Source: Eledone cirrhosa
Lineage: Eukaryota
Direction of reading: 5' to 3'
Assembly: GCA_964016885.1 (NCBI GenBank)
Contig: OZ024750.1
Coordinates: 5,828,001 to 5,892,000, forward strand
Length of the DNA: 64,000 nt
Under the pieces are notes generated by a model, which was given only the letters and a program-made list of their open reading frames with translations, was not told the origin of the DNA and did no database searches. A program made the translations under genes and the position numbers. Shown piece after piece: positions 57,823 through 64,000 of this stretch; the stretch's first letter is position 1, and each line of letters starts with the position of its first letter.

Positions 57823-58875
57823 TATTACTTTTAATAACACGGACTATGGGAAGACTGCGTCGGTGGAATTTCGAACTCAGAACTATAAAATACTGAACTT
57901 GATACTATAGCCCTACTCGCTATATTATTTTGCACCATCTTGACAGATTCACTATAAGAAAAATATTGTTTATTTTTACTTGGAACTGGAAAGATTTACC
58001 GTTGTTTGTTGATCTCGGGGTCTTACGTTCTGTTATTTTGTATTTAGAGATTTAAACAAGGATATCTGATCTCTATATGTAAGGACCTGAGTGAATTAAT
58101 GGATTCATAGAAGTTTAGACGATGTTTACTTTTATGTAATTACCCTGACATTTAAAAATGTTAAAATCAATATATGACAGGTTGAAAAAATACGGTGGAA
58201 TGTAGAAGTTTGATAGTGTTAACTTTCTGAACTTTGGGGGATTTTGTTTAGAAGATATGTATTACTGATTCGTGACAAGCATAATCTTCTTTCGACTGTT
58301 GTTACACACGAAGATTTTGAAAGGTTTTGGGTGGTTTTCAACGGGTATTAATGGACTGGAAGTAAAGTAAATTTACCATAAGAATTATGGCTTTATATAT
58401 AATATATATATATAAAAAAAAAGATAGATTAGTCCAGTTACGGATAATCATATTACTGACAAAAAATCGAAGGGAAAGAGATTTTCTTATCTCCTTCTTA
58501 CATCTATGCCAATGACTGTTTGTGTTATCGTATATAATATATAAACATCTGATGTTGTTTTAGATATATTTATTATAATAACATTAGAACTAAGATTTTC
58601 TCGCTTCATATTCCATTGCCAAATTATTCCTAACTCATTTACTATATAAAGCTCTTCTGAGGGACCCCCGCCCACCCAAACAGGCATAATGCCAGAAGTT
58701 TGTTTTCATTCGAAAAATCTCACATATTTCGTGAAAAGGAATATTTTCGGATGAGTTTATGCAAATCACCCCCCCCCCCCGTTCAGCGACTCGCTTAAAA
58801 GGGGGCATGTATTAAGGGACATTTACATTACTATATAATTCTACGAAGTGATGCATGTGAAGTCCTTTTTATATA

Positions 58876-58905
<30 letters not shown>

Positions 58906-58910
<5 letters not shown>

Positions 58911-61056
58911 ATATCAGGTCCACTATCCTCTTGGGGATTCCATAAGCCTGTAAGATCTTCATCAGGCAGTAACGGTCCACAGAATCAAAGGCCTTCCTAA
59001 AGTCAATGAAAACCATGACCGCAGGAAGGCACTTTGCTCTAGCTCCCTCTAATATCCTCCTCAGCATCAGGATGTGACTGGTGGTTGATCTACCCTCTCT
59101 GAAGCCGTTCTGGTTGTCCCTGAGCTTCTTCTCCATCTCAGGCTGGATCCTGTTAAGAATCATCCTGTTGAGGGTCTTTGCCACAAGTGACGTCAGTGAG
59201 ATCCCCCGGTAGTTGTCGGTGTTAGAGAGATCTCCCTTCTTTGGCACTGGGACGATGTTACTGATCCTCCACTGATTCGGGGCAACTCCCTTCTCCAGTG
59301 CCCCGTTACAGAACCCCAGGATGATATCATCAAAATCACACCACTTCATCACCTCTGATGCTACTCCATCTTCTCCATGAGCCTTGCCCTCCTTGATCTT
59401 CTTCTTGGCTCTCTGAAGCTCCTCTCTGGTGAAGGGCTCTGTCTCAACATCCAGTTCCTCAAACAGCCGCCTGATCTCCCCAGTGCTCTGGGCTGTGGAG
59501 GGTGGCTCTCCTAGTAGGGTCCTAAAATGGTCTAGCCATTTCCTCTTCCTATCCTCGGGCCCCGTTCCCTGGATCTGACTCGAACACCTTTTCTTCCTCC
59601 CTGTGATCTCGTTGATGATCATCCAGCTCTCCTTACATCCAGATCTGTCAACCGCTCTCTCCACACTTCTGATCTTCTCTATCAGTGCCTCCTCTCTGAC
59701 CTCAGTGTAAGCGGTACAGAGCTCTTCCCTCATCACCTCCACAGTCTCCATCCTCTCCTCCGTAGGATCAGCATAGAATTGGTCCCTGGCAGCTTTCAGG
59801 TGTTCTCTGGCTGCACACACTTTTGGGTCTGCAGAGCTGACGTGCTTCCCTTTGTTCTTTTTCCTCGGCACCAGGGTTTCACTTGCTTTCGCCACTGCAT
59901 TGGTGAAGTGCCCGTACCTCCTCGTCACACTCTCCTCAGTCCATCCAATCTCTCTCTCCTCTGACTCTCCACACAGAGCACTAAACCTGTTTCTCACTTC
60001 CACTGTGAACCTCTCCTGTAGCTTATCATCTTCCTTGAAAGCTCCCCAGTCATAGATTGTTCTCCGGGGCTGAGCCTTGCTCTTTCTTAAGCTCACGCGG
60101 ACCTCACTCATAACAAGCCGGTGGTCACTACCCAGTGTACTGAAATAGCTGTATGGTTCCGTGTTCAGAACACTATTCCGCCACTTTTTCCTCACCAGAA
60201 TGAAATCAATCTGGGACTTGGACAGGTGCACATCTGAGATGTAGGTCCACATCTTCCCCAGATTCTTCCTAAACCTTAGGTTGGTCGCCATCAAGTTCGC
60301 CTCCAGCAGGGTGTCTCTCAGTAGTCTTCCATTTCGGTTGGTGTTGTTATGGAAGTACCAGCAAGGATCTTCACTGCCCTCCTTACTCAGATGTGCATTG
60401 AAGTCCCCCAAAACAAGCAGGATATTGTGTGCCTGAGTGGTGTTGACAGCTCTACACACTTCCTCATGGAACTCCTCGGCATTCACATCACTGTCCCCCT
60501 CGGTTGGACTATAGGCTGAGATGACTGTCAGTCTTGGGTTTCCATTGAAGGTCACCCTCAACACTCGCGGGGAGATAGGCATTATTTCCCTCACCAACAG
60601 ATTGGTTTTTGCACTGAACACAAAACCCACTCCTCCTACTGCAGCATTTGTTGTGTTCTTCACTGCCGATGTAGTGATGAGCTGGCTCTTCCTCCCGATC
60701 ATCACACTCCTCACGGGCTCATCGTGTAGAATCCTGTGTTCTTGGATCGCAAGTATCTGTATACCACTCTCCTCGAACAGATGTCCCAACTCCTCTCTCT
60801 TCTCCAGCGTTCGAATAGTCCTCACATTCAAAGTGCCCATTTTGATGGCTCTTCTGCAGGACAAAACTACATTCTTTATATTTGTCTCAGAGACAGCTGA
60901 TCCATCATCCACTGGCCCTCTCTGTGGCTCTAAGCCAGCAGAGTCATAACGACCAGGCTGCTCCTTGACAGTGTAATTAGGGGCTCTAACCCTAGTGCTG
61001 TTAGATCGACTCTCCATATTTCTTTTCAATGGCTGACAATACCTTACCGGCGCCAC
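58906..61056 (-). CDS. LINE ORF 5' part: APE endonuclease + N-terminal RT; broken at the inversion point
   Basis: EN motifs KMGTLNVRT, ILAIQEHR, SAYSPT, LGDFNAH, SQIDFILV, SDHRLV. RT motifs KAHGEDG, PVPKKGD, NYRGISL, QNGFREGRST, FIDFRKAFDSV. No stops. The track start at 61056 is GTG; first ATG is 61017. The ORF-track tail (IYIYIY) is read-through into the TA tract. Confidence 0.93.
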
Positions 61057-61231
61057 TCGAATAAGGTAGTTATTTAACCCATAAATGGAGCCCTAACAGG
61101 TACTACCACCCCGGGCCAGGGCAGACCTGGGAGTCATGACAACTAAGGGGTAACTCCATATTCCCCACATCTCCTGAACTCCCGAACTGGAGCCTTGCCA
61201 CTGGATGTAGTTTAATGTCATACCCAAGACA
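61057..61231 (-). promoter_or_regulatory. Putative 5' UTR of the RTE element
   Basis: GC-rich non-coding segment directly upstream of the EN ORF, beginning TGTCTTGGGTATGACATTAAAC on the minus strand, with several short hairpins. Confidence 0.6.
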
Positions 61232-61233
61232 AT

Positions 61234-62217
61234 GTCTACACCAACACCAAAGCCCAAGTCATTACACCTGATGGGATGACAGAGTTCTTTGAGATACTGG
61301 CTGGAGTGCTCCAGGGAGATACATTGGCTCCCTACCTTTTTATCATCGTAGTGGACTATTGTATGCGCCTTGCACTGGAGAAACACCAGGACTCTGGCTT
61401 TACTGTAGCACCGGCTCAGAGCAGGAGAGTTGGGGCGAAAAAGGTATCGGATGCTGAATTTGCCGACGACATAGTTTTGGTGACAAATACAGTGAAGGAG
61501 GCAGAGGATTTGATGCGGGAGGTTGAGACTGTGTCGATGAGTGTGGGGCTGAGAATGAATGAGACTAAAACAAAATATCTGGTAGAGAATGTTGAGAAGC
61601 CAGAGGGGATCACTAATGTAGGCGGGAAGCCGCTGGAATTGGTTGAGGACTTCCTGTATTTGGGAGCAAAGATTGGGAATACGGAAGATGATGTGGTTGA
61701 GAGGAAGAGCAAGGCCTGGGCAGCGTGCCACAGCTTGAGATCGGTGTGGAAGTCGGACCTTCGTAGAGACCTGAAAGTCCGCCTCTTCATTGCTGTAGTG
61801 GAGTCTGTGCTGCTGTATGGGTCTGAGACTTGGACACTGACCAAGAGACTCACTCAGATGGTGGATGGGTGCTACACGAGAATGCTGAGGATGGCTCTGA
61901 ACATTAATCAGTATACACTGAGGATGAAAAACTCAGAGCTGTATGGGAGCCTCCCAAAAGTCAGCTCAAAAGTGACACAGAGGAGACTGAGGTTGGCTGG
62001 ACATGCTCACCGACATCCAGAGTTGACATTGCACTCCGTGCTCCTTTGGGAGCCCCTACATGGACACACTGGAAGAGGAAGACCAAGGTTAACATATGTT
62101 GATGCCCTAAGGACAGACACTGGTCTGTTGGAGACGCAGGACATGGCAGCGATAATGAGGGACAGAGACCGCTGGAGAGAACTCGTCCATGGATCTCGGG
62201 AATTTTACCCGCCTTAG
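61234..62217 (+). CDS. LINE ORF 3' part: RT core and C-terminus
   Basis: Frame is open upstream of the track ATG: VYTNTKAQVITPDGMTEFFEILAGVLQGDTLAPYLF...EFADDI...FLYLG...LLYGSETW...RLAGHAHRH...GRGRPRLTY, typical RTE-clade RT and C-terminus. Stop TAG at 62215-62217. Confidence 0.93.
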   Translation, partial: VYTNTKAQVITPDGMTEFFEILAGVLQGDTLAPYLFIIVVDYCMRLALEKHQDSGFTVAPAQSRRVGAKKVSDAEFADDIVLVTNTVKEAEDLMREVETVSMSVGLRMNETKTKYLVENVEKPEGITNVGGKPLELVEDFLYLGAKIGNTEDDVVERKSKAWAACHSLRSVWKSDLRRDLKVRLFIAVVESVLLYGSETWTLTKRLTQMVDGCYTRMLRMALNINQYTLRMKNSELYGSLPKVSSKVTQRRLRLAGHAHRHPELTLHSVLLWEPLHGHTGRGRPRLTYVDALRTDTGLLETQDMAAIMRDRDRWRELVHGSREFYPP

Positions 62218-62253
62218 ATAGATATATATATAATTTTTTCATTACCCTTATAA

Positions 62254-62344
62254 GGAGTCTGACGAGCCGTGGATTACAGAGTCTGGCTAGATCGATACAG
62301 ATCGAACCTTGAGCTGATCAGTGGCAAAACGCGCGTCACCATCC
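62254..62344 (+). ncRNA. Degenerate hammerhead motif in a relic ~62233-62493
   Basis: CTGACGA(62259)-GCC...GGC-AAAA(G>A)-C-GCGC-GTC, then AATAAA (62345); stem II is homologous to the 9725 copy. Confidence 0.62.
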
Positions 62345-62491
62345 AATAAACGTAATGAAGGAGTAACCACTTGTCCTTGTTTTATTTTACTATAATACAC
62401 TCTGTCTAGCTCTACACCTCGACACTGAAGTGAACCTAAACATCGAGTGCTCACCCGAGTGAACCTACAGTAACTCACCGTTACACCCTCT

Positions 62492-62564
<73 letters not shown>

Positions 62565-62615
62565 TGAGATTCTGTAGGACTAGAACTGTTTCATTCTTTA
62601 GAAATCATCAGGAAT

Positions 62616-62620
<5 letters not shown>
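62565..62620 (-). mobile_element. Short hammerhead-core relic between two TA tracts
   Basis: Near-identical core to 6733-6768. Confidence 0.5.
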
Positions 62621-62668
<48 letters not shown>

Positions 62669-63713
62669 CTCGGATAACGAATCATCCATATACTAACCTA
62701 TTCTATTGTTTTTCTCATGGTCAGTCATGATAGAGTTGAACGATGGTGAAAATAATTCCAGCCATGATAATATCCTCTTTCATCAGGAGGGTAACCTTCC
62801 TATTGCACTAATTTGAGGAAGGTTTAGCTGGAATGTCTACCCAACGTTTTATCTATCTACCTATCTAGCTGTTTGTTTTAAAGCCTTTTAAAATATTTAT
62901 TTAAAAACCATCCATCACAATTTTAGTTAATATTCTAAACACCTGTTAAACGATGAGAAAGTTAGTGATTATATGAAATCTCTCCAAATTCTTGATTGTG
63001 TTCAAAATGATCTGAAAATTATAGACAGAGCTTTTCTTAGGAAATATAGTAATGAAAGGGTTAAAATGAATAGCCAGCCAAGTTGATCTTAGAAGCGTAA
63101 AACTCCACTCTACCTAAAGCCATTCTTATTTCAGCTATGATTTTAATACATATTCCATGGGTGGAGGGAGCGTCGTAGATTGAGAGATAACTTGCCAAGT
63201 ATTTGAGTCCATAGGAGAGTTTTAATTCCCGAATGAATCAAATTAACTTCCTTTCTATCACTTAAGGCTTGAAAATTATAACTATTCCTCTTCCTTATAA
63301 ATCTTGTGTCTAAATAAGAAGTAAATATATCATACTGTAAATTTCAACAAGCAACCTAATTCCTTTCTCTTGTTCGAATTAAATTTTGACCGTAGGTTAA
63401 GATTGCCTGAGAATGTGAAGAACTGACAATCTATTGTGTGAAGAGTCAGCTGTATTCACATTTCAAACTGCAGTAAAGGTAATTTCCGGCCATATTTGAA
63501 ACTCTTATTGATATTCCTTTATCTTACAGTCAAAAATAATCAAATGAGTATTTGTCGTAAGATATGGTATATTCATTACCCATATCTTTGCCAATAATTT
63601 TCTCATTATATCGTCTGCACTTTTAATAATGAAACTTTGAATGTGATAGAGATGATAATGTAAGTAGCGCATCATACTGTCAAAGAAACTGATATTTTTT
63701 ATTATCATTATTT

Positions 63714-63906
63714 AGTGAATTGGCAGTATCAGTAGAGCGTTAGACACCATGCTTTACAGCATAGAGTTATGGCCCTTTACGTTCTGAGTTCAAATCCCAT
63801 CGAGGTTAACTTTGCCTTTCCTCCTTACGGGGTCGATAAAATAAAGTACCAGTAATGCACTGGGATAATTGCTGGCCTTGTGCCAAAAGTAGAAACAATT
63901 ATTATT
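63714..63906 (+). mobile_element. SINE family A
   Basis: Consensus match. Confidence 0.9.
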
Positions 63907-64000
63907 CCTAAATTCTGATGTCAAATCCCAACAAGGTCGATATTGATTTTAATTCCTCCATATCCAATAAAGTATTTACTAGTATCATATTGTAGTAGAT

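Larger units (their letters stand above)
58906..62222. mobile_element. RTE-type non-LTR retrotransposon, apparently full length, with inverted 5' two-thirds, inserted in (TA)n
   Basis: Minus-strand 5'UTR+EN+RT N-part (61231->58906) abuts a plus-strand RT C-part (61232->62217). Short TAGATAGA tail runs into (TA)n, and the left flank is (TA)n at 58879-58907. Confidence 0.95.

Noticed and set aside
58831-62217. Two independent head-to-head LINE insertions
   Set aside because: The halves are exactly complementary parts of one ORF, with a single tail and a single 5' UTR.
59779-62242. ORFs antisense to or overlapping the LINE (59779, 59852, 60521, 61093, 61416, 61961)
   Set aside because: Shadow frames of the RT/EN coding sequence.

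Overview
AT-rich, microsatellite-saturated animal non-coding DNA (intergenic or a large intron). The SINE sequences and repeat style suggest an octopus/coleoid cephalopod; that is my inference and was not database-checked. I could not support any host protein-coding exon, and almost every ORF in the track is a translated microsatellite. Real content: (1) One young, apparently full-length RTE-type LINE (APE endonuclease + RT) at 58906-62222. It is split by a 5' inversion with twin-priming geometry, and the two halves rejoin into one ~1040-aa ORF with no apparent codon loss. (2) About 30 tRNA-derived SINE copies of two main families, several with clear TSDs. (3) Mariner-like and piggyBac-like MITEs and a CR1 3' end. 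(4) The most striking signal is more than a dozen short non-coding elements inserted in (TA)n tracts. Many carry minimal type-I hammerhead ribozyme motifs (Penelope pLTR/retrozyme-like), many share a TTGAGTRCT-like motif ~40-65 nt from their 3' ends, and five form long asymmetric fold-back palindromes whose short arm stops at a TA/TAT microhomology with the target. (5) A 56/57-bp minisatellite that grew inside a SINE tail, and a SINE fold-back that copied its own TSD and flank. SINE and relic boundaries are approximate (read by eye).
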